64,000 bases of DNA from Octopus vulgaris (taxonomy: Eukaryota): positions 38,812,001 to 38,876,000 of the forward strand of contig OX597822.1 in the NCBI GenBank assembly GCA_951406725.2, written 5' to 3'. Each line of letters starts with the position of its first letter. Positions within the stretch are counted from its first letter, which is position 1. Below, piece by piece: positions 14,075 to 24,890 of this stretch. A program made the position numbers and the translations under genes. Under the pieces are notes generated by a model, which saw only the letters and a list, made by a program, of their open reading frames with translations, was not told where the DNA came from and did not search any database.

Positions 14075-14296
14075 GATGGCGAGCTGGCAGAATCGTTAGG
14101 ACACTGGACAAAATGCTTAGTGGTATTTCGCCCGTCGCTATGTTCTGAATTCAAATTCTGCCAAAGTTAACTTTGCCTTTCATCTTTTCAGGGTCGATAA
14201 ATCAAGTACCAGTTACGCACTGGGGTCAATATAATTGACTAGTCCCCTCCGGCAAACTTTCAGGCCTTGTGCCTTTAGTAGAAAAGAATATTATTA

Positions 14297-14337
<41 letters not shown>

Positions 14338-14535
14338 ACTAGCAGAATTGTTAGCATGCTGGATGAAATGCTTAGCAGCATTTCGTCCATCTTTACGTTC
14401 CGAGTTCAAATTCTGCCAAGGTTGACTTTGCCTTCCAGGGTCAATAAAATAAGTACCAGTTGAGCACTGTGGTTGATGTCATTGACTTAGGCCCCCTCCT
14501 CTGAAATTGCTGGCCTTGTGCCAAAATTTTAAATC
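14075..14535 (+). mobile_element. Two tandem SINE family C copies
   Basis: gagctggcagaatcgttag...ttcaaattctgcc...gtcgataaatcaagtaccag, separated by an (ATT)n tail. Confidence 0.8.
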
Positions 14536-15164
14536 ATTATTACCTTTAATATTGTTGTTTAGCCCCAGGTCAGTCCCTGACCCAGTAGACCTATGTTAAT
14601 CAAAGACATTCTAGCCATAGCTCTGTATATATCTAGGACAACATCATGAAATGTGTTTGATGTTTAAGACGGGGTGGGGGGTAAGAACAATGAGAGAGAG
14701 AGAGGGGTGTTTGGTTACTACTTCTGGCATGGTGACCGACTTCACAGAGGCCTGCTGTTGTTGCAAAACTTTGGTGTGAGCAACACTGAAGAAAGGCTAA
14801 GCCAAAGTGAAAAGTGAAAGAATTCTCATTATTTGAGAATAATTACAGGATCTTCAAATGTCAAGCAGCCACACACACACACACACACATGCACTAATTA
14901 CCCAAGCTAACACAATCTTGCAACCACCACCGCCACCACCAATACTGATAATGCTGCTGCTGTAACAGATATCACCATACAACACCGCTACCTCCATGTA
15001 ATCAAACTCCATGCAACCTCCCCCACTGTTGTTACAGACACCACCACCACTAACAACAACAACAACAATACCAACATCAGTTGAAACCACATTATTAAAA
15101 CCCCAGCTGTCTGGGAAAATAATTATATTTAATTAGACTAGAGTGGGGCTATGGACACTGGACG

Positions 15165-15560
15165 TGGTGGTGGTGGTGGCAGAGATGATGTTAGTAATGG
15201 TGGTGGTGATGATAATGTTGATAGTGGTGATGATGTTGGTCGTAGTGGTGATGGGAGTGATGTTGGTGGTGGTGGTGATGCTTGTAGTGGTGATGATGGT
15301 GGTGGTAATGGAAGCAGTGTGGTGATAAAGGTGATGTCGGTAGTGATGATGAAGTAGTTAATCGTGGATGATGGTATCGGTGGTGGCGGTGAAGGAGGAG
15401 GAGGTGATTTTTGGTGATGGTGGTAGGGTTAATTATAGCTGTAATGATGATGATGACTATGATGATGACGATGGAAACAGTGATAGTAGAAGTGGTGGTG
15501 GTAGTAGTAATTATGTACATAGTGGTGCTGTGATGGTGGGTAGTAGAGATAGTACTGCTG
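15165..15560. repeat. Degenerate (GGT/GAT)n low-complexity tract
   Basis: Visible triplet runs. Confidence 0.85.
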
Positions 15561-16087
15561 TGACAGATGTGTGAGGGGGAGATCTTGACATTTCGGACGA
15601 TGCACTCATTATCAATAGTTATATAATCTGAGGTACAATTGTGGTAATAGCAGTGGTGTTGGTGGTGGCAACAGTAATCATTGTAGTAATTGCAGTTGTG
15701 GTGGTTGTATTCCTGGTAATAGTGGTAGTGCTAGTTGTCGCGAATGCTGTTTAGCCCTGGGTAAGCCCTTACCCAGAAGACCTATGATCATCATTGCCAC
15801 CATTCCACTATGGTTACTATTGCAATTTCTAACATACAACTAATGAAGAATCAACAATGTGATTGGTTAGTGTGAGCTGCAAGAAACAGCAGTCAAATCT
15901 CACTCAAAACATATCCCACTGTTTTAACTGTGAATATTACTGGTTTATTAACTGCATTTTTTTTCAATGTTATTTTGTACAGAATATATCTATAGATTTT
16001 TAACTGACATTGTATGTATAGACAGATATAAACATCATGTCTTTATATTACATACAATATCTTTGTGGAAAGAAAAAGAGAGATCAG

Positions 16088-16127
16088 CTGGACTAGTTTC
16101 AGTCATGCATTGGGACTTCATCAGCAA
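16088..16127 (-). ncRNA. Minimal type-I hammerhead ribozyme motif (Penelope-type)
   Basis: Minus strand reads uug-CUGAUGA-AGUC-ccaaugcau-GACU-GAAAC-ua-GUC-cag: full core, 4-bp stem II, palindromic stem III (ACUAGU), short stem I. Confidence 0.6.
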
Positions 16128-16947
16128 GTGAGTACTCTCTTTAACTATCCCTAGAGACATTGCTTATAAAACCACTATTAGTGAGAGCTTGAATTTTGTA
16201 GACCTATTTGCATATATAATGCATTCTTGGCAGCTAGTTCAATTGATAAAATACTGATATATGAACAGCTGGAAGCAACTTGGCTATCATAAATAGTGAT
16301 GGCTAAAATCTATAGTTATATTTGATAGTTCAGCATAGCATTGAATAAGAACACATTAGATAATGTAGTGTTACATATTCACAAAATGACAGGATGGTCA
16401 TTGCCACCTTCACATGATCTCCTCTGACTTCCCCCTTCCGTTGTCTTTTCTCTAATAACAGAAGAAAGCAGGGAGGAAATTAGACAAGAGAGAGAGCAAG
16501 AGAAAGAGAGATGTCAAACGAAAGACTGAAGGAAAAGGTGGGGTATTAATAATAACCCAGTAAAGCAAAATTTTGAATCATAGAAACTGAATGTGTATCT
16601 GTATTGGAAATAGCATGATATCGAAAGAAAATGTAGTTATTAAAACTAAATGTAATTTACCTTGAGGAAAAGAAAATCATCGATGTTTTGAACAGAGGCT
16701 CCTTATCAAGAAATTACTATTGTGACTCCTGTACAACACAACACACAATTTGCTTTTCTTCTATTCCCCAATAAATAACCATTTTCTGAAATTTTAGTAA
16801 TATCTTTTTCTTATTGCAATTAACTACATTCACACATTTTCTTTCCTTGTCAGCCAGTATTTGACTGTGTTAGAAAGAGGTTAGTTGTCCAATTCTTGTA
16901 GTGGGGATTGTTATCACAATCAATCTAAACTGTTGTTTACAAGTGCA

Positions 16948-16949
<2 letters not shown>

Positions 16950-17041
<92 letters not shown>

Positions 17042-17064
17042 GTATGTGTATATATATATGTATG

Positions 17065-17103
<39 letters not shown>

Positions 17104-17318
17104 ATATATATATACACATATATGTATGTATATGTATATATATATCATTTTTTTCCATTTTTGCTATATATATATATATATATATATATATAGATAGATA
17201 GATATATACATATATATATATACATATGTGTATGTGTGTATATATATAACGGGAAGCTTTATGAAAATAGACAAAAGACGAAGGCAGGTTTACGGAAATA
17301 AACAAAAGACGAAGGCAG

Positions 17319-17369
<51 letters not shown>

Positions 17370-17420
17370 TGTATGTGTGTATGTATGTATATATATGTAT
17401 ATATATATATATATATATAT
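16950..17420. repeat. Compound (TA)n/(TATG)n microsatellite
   Basis: Directly visible; source of the IYIYIY ORFs. Confidence 0.95.
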
Positions 17421-17454
17421 CTGTAATATATGTGACAATTATTCGGTTGCCATA

Positions 17455-17513
17455 ATAAAACTCCGAGTTTTGGATGTCGGGGCGGAAATCTGCTCCAGCA
17501 TCTCATCAGTTAT
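17455..17513 (-). ncRNA. Degenerate hammerhead-like motif
   Basis: Minus strand reads auaa-CUGAUGA-GAUG-[22 nt]-CAUC-c-AAAAC-ucgga-GUU-uuau. Stems I and II pair, but GAAAC is mutated to AAAAC. Confidence 0.4.
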
Positions 17514-18283
17514 CAAGACAATCTAAAAGATGCTATGAAAGTGACCGTTAAACAAAGGGAAATTTCTATGTAATTGACCGTTATTAAGACAAAAGAGCTA
17601 TTAGAATGGTCATTAAATAAGGGGAAAAAATTGAAGAGGAGAAAGTAAAAAAAGTAAAAATGGTCATAGAAATTGCTTATGCGCACATATACACACATAC
17701 ACATGCGCGCATGCACACTCACGTGAAACACATACATGCACACACATACATATGCCTATGTATGCACATATATATGCAACCATACATATACATATCTGCA
17801 CACATGCATGCACACACACATGTGCACATACCTATACGTGCATAATTATATTCAAATACGCGTCTAAAATATGCACATGCTATATATGCATATGCCCACT
17901 CACACTTGAGTGAAACACATGCATGTACACCCACACACATATATACAAACATATATTGTAAAACCTTATTTGTAAAACAAGACCTTTGTGTGTGTGGGAG
18001 TATAATAGTTATGTGTCTAAACACAAACATAAATAGACACATCTCACAGTGAACTAAGGAGCCTATATGCAGTCATTTAATATGCTAGATATAGTAGCCA
18101 CACCTCCCTCAAATCACATCCTACTCTCTTAAAAAGAAAAGGAAGTTCATTTTATGTAGTAGTAGATGAATTGTGTCTGAAGTGGTGGTCTTAGTTGGAA
18201 TTGCTTTAATCATTAGTCTTGATCAAGGCTGGCTCAGGGTTAAGCAAGAACAGTGTAAGGAAAGCAAGTCAGACAATACTCAC

Positions 18284-18350
18284 AGTAAAGATTCAATATA
18301 TTTTTGGAAGGACAAACCAAACACTTACCTGAAATAAAGAAACAGAAAAT
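18284..18350 (-). other. Candidate recursive splice site (AG|GT) with 45-nt cryptic exon
   Basis: Minus strand attttctgtttctttatttCAG|GTAAGT (junction 18329/18328). No other AG lies within ~135 nt upstream. A second donor, tact|GTGAGT, is at 18284/18283. Confidence 0.65.
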
Positions 18351-18405
18351 TATTATAATGTTTTGTTATAAGTAGCAGTATTAGTAATAGCAGTAATATT
18401 ATTAT

Positions 18406-18444
<39 letters not shown>

Positions 18445-18760
18445 TAGAAATTAGCAAAATGTAGAACCTGTAGACTAAAACAATACCTGTTGTCATAGAT
18501 GCCCAGGGAATGCTAACAAGGAAACCCAAAAATGGCAGAAATTCAAAAGATAGTGCTCATGGGAACTGCCCATGTCCTGCGTAAAATACTGTCCATGTAA
18601 TTTCAAATGTTAAAACAAACTTATAATTTTCTTATGGTTCCTTAAACATTCTCTAGAACAACACTATGTGCAAAACCAAATATATGGCACCCTAGGCATA
18701 ACGCCAACATTGAACTTCTAACTTGTTGTCTCTTGATGTCTCTGGGTGAGCCTTGGATGA
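18445..18760 (+). mobile_element. R4/Dong-clade LINE 3' fragment next to (AAT)n
   Basis: Frameshifted translation EISKM*NL*TKTIPVVIDAQGM...EIQKIVLMGTAHVLRKILSM*, like the C-terminus of RLE-type LINEs. It abuts an (AAT)n tract, the known Dong target. Confidence 0.7.
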
Positions 18761-19659
18761 AAGGCAAAGTCAACATTAGCAGAATTTGAACTCAGAATGT
18801 AGCAATGGGTGAAATACTGCTGTGTTTCATCCAGCATGCTAACGATTCTGCCAGCTCACTGCCTATTAATAATAATAATAATAATAATAATCCTTTCTAC
18901 TAAATGCACAAGGCCTGAAATTTGTGGGGAGGGGGTAAATCAAGCCCAGTGTTTTGCTGTTACTTAATTTATTGACTCTGAAAGGATGAAAGGCAAAGTC
19001 GACCTCAGCGGAATTTGAACTCAGAACATAAAGATGGGATGAAATGCTCTGCTAATGATTCTGCTAGCTCGCTGCCTTGATGATGGCAATGATGACAATG
19101 ACGATGATAATTGTTTCTAACACAGGAACAAGGCCAGAAATTTTGAGGGGTGGGGCAGTTAATTATGTCAATGTCAAAACATAACTGGTATTTTATTTTA
19201 TAGGCCTTCAACCCCCAGAAGAATCGAAAACAAAATTAACCTCAGAGAGTATTGAACATAAAGAACTAGGACAAATACAGTAAGGCAGTTTTGTCCACTG
19301 CTTTAACAATTCTTATTTCTTTATTGCCCACAAGGGGCTAAACACAGAGGGGACAAACAAGGACAGACAAAGGGAATAAGTCGATTACATTAACCCCAGT
19401 GCACAACTGGTACTTAATTTATCGACCCCGAAAGGCTGAAAGGCAAAGTCAACCTCGGCAGAATTTGAACTCAGAACGTAATGGCAGGCGAAATACCGCT
19501 AAGCATTTCACCTGGCGTGCTTATGATTCTGCCAGCTCACTGCCTTGCTTTAACGATTCTGCTAAACTACTACCCTTATGATGATGAGGATAAACCTTTC
19601 TGCTATAGGCACAAGGTTTTTAAATTTAGGGTAAGTAGTCAGCATATATATTATATATA

Positions 19660-20133
19660 CTAGCTTAAAAGCTACACTATCGGGCAGATTTTAAGCTAGT
19701 ACCTAGCTTTTAAGCAACTGACCCTGACTGGGAAGATCTGCAAACAGATCTCTGACTTGTTTTGGAGAATTTGTTGCAATTGCTTTTTCCAGAGTCATAT
19801 TCCAATAATGATCATATTTGTAGCAACAAAAATCACATAAGAAAATCACTGAAAATAATCACTGGATTATGCCATTAATTTCGATTAATCCCAAAATTTA
19901 TTTCCAAGTTAGAAAAATTGTCGCAAAAAGTCATGTAAAACAAATTGCCGAAAACAATAGCAATTTTGGGAATACAAAACTTCAGGATTGCAGATCTGGA
20001 TTCCACCCAGAATGTTTTTAATTTACTCAAGGAACCAGCCTGATTCCAAAATGATATGATATGTTGGGCTGTGGCTTCTAGGAGTAAAGTTGAAAAAGTG
20101 TGACATATTGATATTCACATTTATAATATTAGA
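19660..20133 (-). mobile_element. Probable non-autonomous Helitron
   Basis: Minus 5' end A|TCTAATATTATAAATG and 3' end CTAG|T, with a decayed subterminal hairpin. Confidence 0.5.
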
Positions 20134-20539
20134 TTGTGCAAAAACGTCCTTCAGATTGCAATATTTGATAAAACAGAAAAAAACAAAACCTAATGTATTC
20201 TTTCTGTGTGAATGAGTACCAAATGAACCGTAGGCTGGTGGTTGGGGTCCCTTGCTTTATGTTATATATGTCAATAGAGTTTACTTATTCATGCTATGTG
20301 TATTTGTGTGGGCCCTAGTATACTCTACATAGTATATACCTGCAGTGTCTAGCAGGGCTGTGGGCTTATACCATGTAAGCTACATGGTATACTCAACATA
20401 AAACACATATGGTACTTGCAAGTGCCATTGTTTGTATGTTGTATCTAAGATTTGGGGAACTTGGTTATGGATTTGAACACATCTTTTTCTTTACTAGTTT
20501 GCATCTAGAATTTACATAATGCACCACATCCTCTTTTAT

Positions 20540-20710
20540 GTTAGCATTAGCTTAGCCAGAGCATGTGCCACCTGGGGCTACCCCTCCGTTTACCACCCCC
20601 AGACTCCACAAAAAATACATATTGCCTACAACAGACCCAAAAGTGTTGCCCCTTTAAAAGTGCTGCCTGGGGTGGATCACCCCTACCGCCCCACCCTAGC
20701 TATGCTAGTG
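20540..20710. mobile_element. Small TIR element (hAT-like MITE), copy 1
   Basis: Homologous to 41382-41539 (catattgcctac...agacccaaaagtgt...ggggtgga...gctatgctagt). Confidence 0.6.
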
Positions 20711-20714
20711 TACG

Positions 20715-20968
20715 TATTGGTGACAGCTATAATAGTTAGTATTGATGATGTAATAGTCAGTATTGGTGATAGCTAGAATAGTTAGTATTGATGGTTACAG
20801 TAGTTAGAATTGATGGTTACAGTAGTTAGTATCAACAGCTACATTAGTTAGAATTGGTGACGGCTATAGTAGTTAGAATTGGTGACAGCTATAGTAGTTA
20901 GAATTGGTGACAGCTATAGTAGTTAGTATCAATGGGCATAGCAGTTAGTATAGGTGATAGTTATAGTA
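20715..20968 (+). repeat. 25-bp minisatellite (ggtgacagctatagtagttagaatt)n
   Basis: Period 25 (ggtgac at 20881 and 20906); resumes at about 21675 after the MITE array. Confidence 0.8.
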
Positions 20969-21674
20969 TTAACCCTTTTGTTACCAACCCAGCTGAAACT
21001 GGCTCTGGCTCTCAGTACAAATGTCTTGTTTCCATAAGTTTTGAATTAAAATCTTCCACCAAACCTTTGTCACTATGTTCGTAACACTAGCTAAATGATA
21101 ACTAAGTTATTTTACTAAATTCTTTGTTATATGTAAAATTAATTGAAAGAAACACAGAACACCTCAACAGAAATATGGTAACAAAAGGGTTAACAACTTA
21201 TTAATTTAACCCTTTTGATACCAACCTGGCTGAAACTGCCTCTGGCTCTGTAGTACAAATGTCTTGTTTTCAAAAGTTTTGAATTAAAATCTTCCACCAA
21301 ACCTTAGTCACAATTTATGTTCCTGACACTAGCTGAATGACAGCTAAGTTATTTTACTAAATTCTTTGTTATATTTAAAATTAATTGAAGGAAACACTGA
21401 ACATCTCAACAGAAATATGGTAACAAAAGGGTTAACAAATGATTAATTTAACCCTTTCGATACCAACCCAGCTGAAACCAGCTCTGGCTCTGAGTACAAA
21501 TGTCTTGTTTTCATAAGTTCTGAATTGAAATCTTCCACCAAACCTTAGTCACAATTTATGTTCCTAACACTAGCTGAATGATAACTAAGTTATTTTACTA
21601 ATTCTTTGTTATATTTAAAGTAATTGAAAGAAACACAGAGTATCTCAAAATAAATACAGTAATGAAATGGTTAA
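20969..21674. mobile_element. Three tandem piggyBac-like MITEs (~220 bp each)
   Basis: TTAA-CCCTTTTG...CAAAAGGG-TTAA termini at 20973-21189, 21210-21431 and 21452-21670 (third copy's right end is decayed). Confidence 0.85.
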
Positions 21675-21914
21675 TATTCGTGTTAGCTATAGTAGTTAGC
21701 ATTCATGACAGCTATATGACTATAGTTGTTAGTATTATTGATTATAGTGCCCCTCCCCCACAGATTTAAGGCCTTGTGTCTATAGTAGAAAGGATTGTAG
21801 TGAATATTAGTGTCTATAAATAGTGAGTAGTAAAAAATATAGACTACATATGAAGAGAATGTTCTTGTGTTCTCCCATTAACTTTTAGTTTAATGTTGGA
21901 TAAAACAGTAGATA

Positions 21915-22075
21915 AATGTCCTGGAAAACATTGAAGTTTATTGTGCACTTGGATATAGTGGAGTACATTGTGTGCTGGATGCTTTAGAGTACATTGTGTA
22001 ATGGAAACAGAGTATATTGTGTACTGGAAAACATTAGAGTACACTATGTACCAGAAAACAGTGGAGTACATTGTA
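21915..22075 (+). repeat. Degenerate ~27-bp minisatellite (ctggaaaacattggagtacattgtgta)
   Basis: About 6 imperfect copies. Confidence 0.65.
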
Positions 22076-23660
22076 TTTTGGAATGGTTAATGAGGTGGAG
22101 GGTAGTAGGAAATAAATATAGTCCTTAACCTAATATTTTGGTTTGTAACTGTTGGCACATTGCCCTAAATGGTAGAATCATTATTCAATGATGCCTGCAA
22201 TTATATTCTATCTTTGCTAAAACTGGACAGACAGAGATAAGATAATTTAATGTCCATTCATATTGGTTTGGTCAGTCTGCTACTATTGCTATTAACTCAT
22301 TGCTTTGTTATCTTTCATAGAATTATTGTAGATAAGCAATTGGTCATTTCACTGCAAAATCCAGGTCATTCCTGTCTACTGCTGGTTCGGTCTGGAGATT
22401 TTGACCAACTGTTGACCTTCATAATGGCTTGCAAAGTAGAATAGACAAATGCCTAAATGTTAAAGATTGATTTGTTATTCAGAGGGGAGCTGTGTCCATA
22501 GCCTCTACTGACCCTCTTAGGCTGATCGGACTGATGATGAAATGGACGGGTGATGTTCTGTTTTAGCATATTTGTAGGTCAGTGTCTGCAGGGAAAATAG
22601 GGGTTGAGAGAGAGCAGAGTGTAGTAGTCATAGGGAGAAAGAGGATGGGACAACATGCTTAGTTTAGGATCTGTTATAGGAGTGGGCAGGTGGGGGGAGA
22701 TTGTGAAGGATGATGAGAAGAAAAGTATTTAGTTAGCTGGATCTTAGGAACTGAGACTGTATAGTAGTAGCAGTGGTGGTGATGGCGAAAATAGTAGTAG
22801 TAATAATAGTAGAAAACAGAAAAAAACAGCCTGTCTGATACAGTAGTTGTGTGTTGGTGAGTTAATCTTTGTTAATCAGTCATGTGGTCTTTTGGATATA
22901 ATCTAGGATGTGTGTGTGCATGTGTGTAGCAGAACTAGCCCAGATATGGTAATTGGTTCCAAAACATGCAACTCAATTTGAAAAACAAAGTAACATGAAA
23001 AAACACGAAAATTAATTAACATATCTATTTTAATAAATACTTTGTGTATATTTTCACATGTATTTAATTTGATTTTCCCTTCAATATTGGTGTTTACATG
23101 GGTTTTTTTCTAAAATAATTTTTATGCTTTTAAATATGTTCTTTTTGAGTCAGATAAATCAACTAAAATTAAGGTTTATTCTTTCCATTAATTTCTTTAA
23201 AAAAAAATCTAAAAAGATGCAATTCAAAACAATGTAAATTGAAGTATGCCTGTACTTCCTTGAAGTTTGAAGAGGATCAGTGATTGACCAGAGCTGAAGT
23301 ATCTTTAGTTTTGTGGTACTAAAAGCAGGTTTCCTACTCTTTGAAATTCAGTTTTAGCAACGGTGTATTCATCAGGTCATCATGAAGGATCATTCAATAA
23401 TAATAATAATAATAATCCTTTCTACTAAAGGTACAAGGCCTGAAATTTTGGCAGGAGAGGACTAGTCGATTACATTGACCCCAGTGAAACACTGGTACTT
23501 AATTTATCAATCCTGAAAGGATGAAAGGCAAAGTTGATCTCAACAGAATTTGAACCCAGAACATAAAGACAAATGAAATACACTAAGCATTTTGTCTGGT
23601 GTACTCGTCAATCACTATCATCATCATCACCATTTAACATCTGATCCGGCATGGGTTGGA

Positions 23661-24172
23661 TGTTAGTTAGTTAGTTAGTTAATTTGGCTCAAAAGCAAAT
23701 AGCAAGGCCATGTAGGGGGACATGGAGTTAAGTACAGGGTGGTGTTCATGTAAAGAGTTCAGGCCACTTGAGGTCAAGGGAGGCTTTGAACAAAGCGGTC
23801 GTCGGCATCTTCACCATCTCGTCTGGCAGCTTGTTCCACAGATCCGCAACCCGGACGGAGAAAGCTCCTCTCCTTCGATTGAGATGAAATCGTCGCAGGT
23901 AGAGCTTTTCGGAATGACCCCGCAGCCGACGCTCTGGAGCAGGAGTGAAGAACAGCTCTTTCGAGAGGTTACACTTTCCGCTTATGATGTTGTGGGCGAG
24001 AATGAGATCACCACGGCGGCGGCGTTTTCAAGAGAATAAAGGTCGAGCGTCCTCAGCCTTTCTTCGTAGGACAAATTTTTGAGACCATGAACCATGCGGG
24101 TAGCCAGCTTCTGGACTCTTTCGAGATGCTGTATGTCTTTGAGGAGATAAGGAGAAGAGGCTTGAATCCCAT
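23661..24172 (-). mobile_element. 5'-truncated CR1-like LINE 3' end with (TAAC)n tail, nested in SINE A
   Basis: Minus translation GIQASSPYLLKDIQHLERVQKLATRMVHGLKNLSYEERLRTLDLYSLE[fs]RRRRGDLILAHNII...AFSVRVADLWNKLP...FKASLD; CpG-rich. Confidence 0.9.
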
Positions 24173-24764
24173 GGTTTTGACAAGAGGTGATGAGCCAGAA
24201 GACTGCACCAAGCTCCACTGTCTTCTCTGACATGGTTTCTATGGCTGGATGCCCTTCCTAATATCATTGAAAGCTAAAATTTTTACCAATTAAAAAAAAA
24301 ATTTGGTTGTTTATAGAAGGAAGTATTTTTCTTTTTTTCTCTAGTATAACACAATATATATAGAACTATTTAGTTTCTGTAAAACATCTGATGCCATGTA
24401 TATCTGCTTATGTTTAATCTGAGACTGAACTCATATTTATTGCAAGCAGAAGTTCAATGCTCTAATCCACTAAGCTATGCATTTATATGACATCCCATCT
24501 ATGACAAACCAAACATTAAACCTTATACTCTCTTTTACTTGTTTCAGTCATTTGACTGTGGCCATGCTGGAGCACCGCCTTTAGTCGAGCAAATCAACCA
24601 CAGGACTTATTCTTTGTAAGCCTAGTACTTATTCTATTGGTCTCTTTTTGCCGAACCGCTAAGTTACGGGGGACGTAAACACATCAGCATCGGTTGTCAA
24701 GTGATGTTGGGGGACAAACACAGACACACAAACATATACACACACATGTACATATATATATATG

Positions 24765-24890
24765 AACTGAGTGAACTGGAGCAACATGAAATAAAGTGAA
24801 ATAAACACACAGCCCAGCCCGGTAAATGAACTCACTATCTCATGATTGTGAGCCCAACACTCTAACCACTGAGCTATGCGCCTTCGCACT
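24765..24890 (-). mobile_element. SINE family E head (tRNA-derived)
   Basis: Minus gaaggcgcatagctcagtggttagagtgttgggctcacaatcatgag...; related to 56878 and 59535. Confidence 0.65.

Noticed and set aside
16652-16680. Third possible recursive site (minus: ttttcttttcctcAAG|GTAAAT)
   Set aside because: AAG acceptor and a weaker donor; it sits directly beside a decayed hammerhead-like repeat.
20715-21740. CRISPR-like repeat-spacer appearance
   Set aside because: It is a eukaryotic minisatellite plus TTAA-bounded MITEs; the spacers are not unique and there are no cas genes.
23722-24039. 105-aa plus-strand ORF
   Set aside because: It is the antisense frame of the CR1-like ORF2 fragment.
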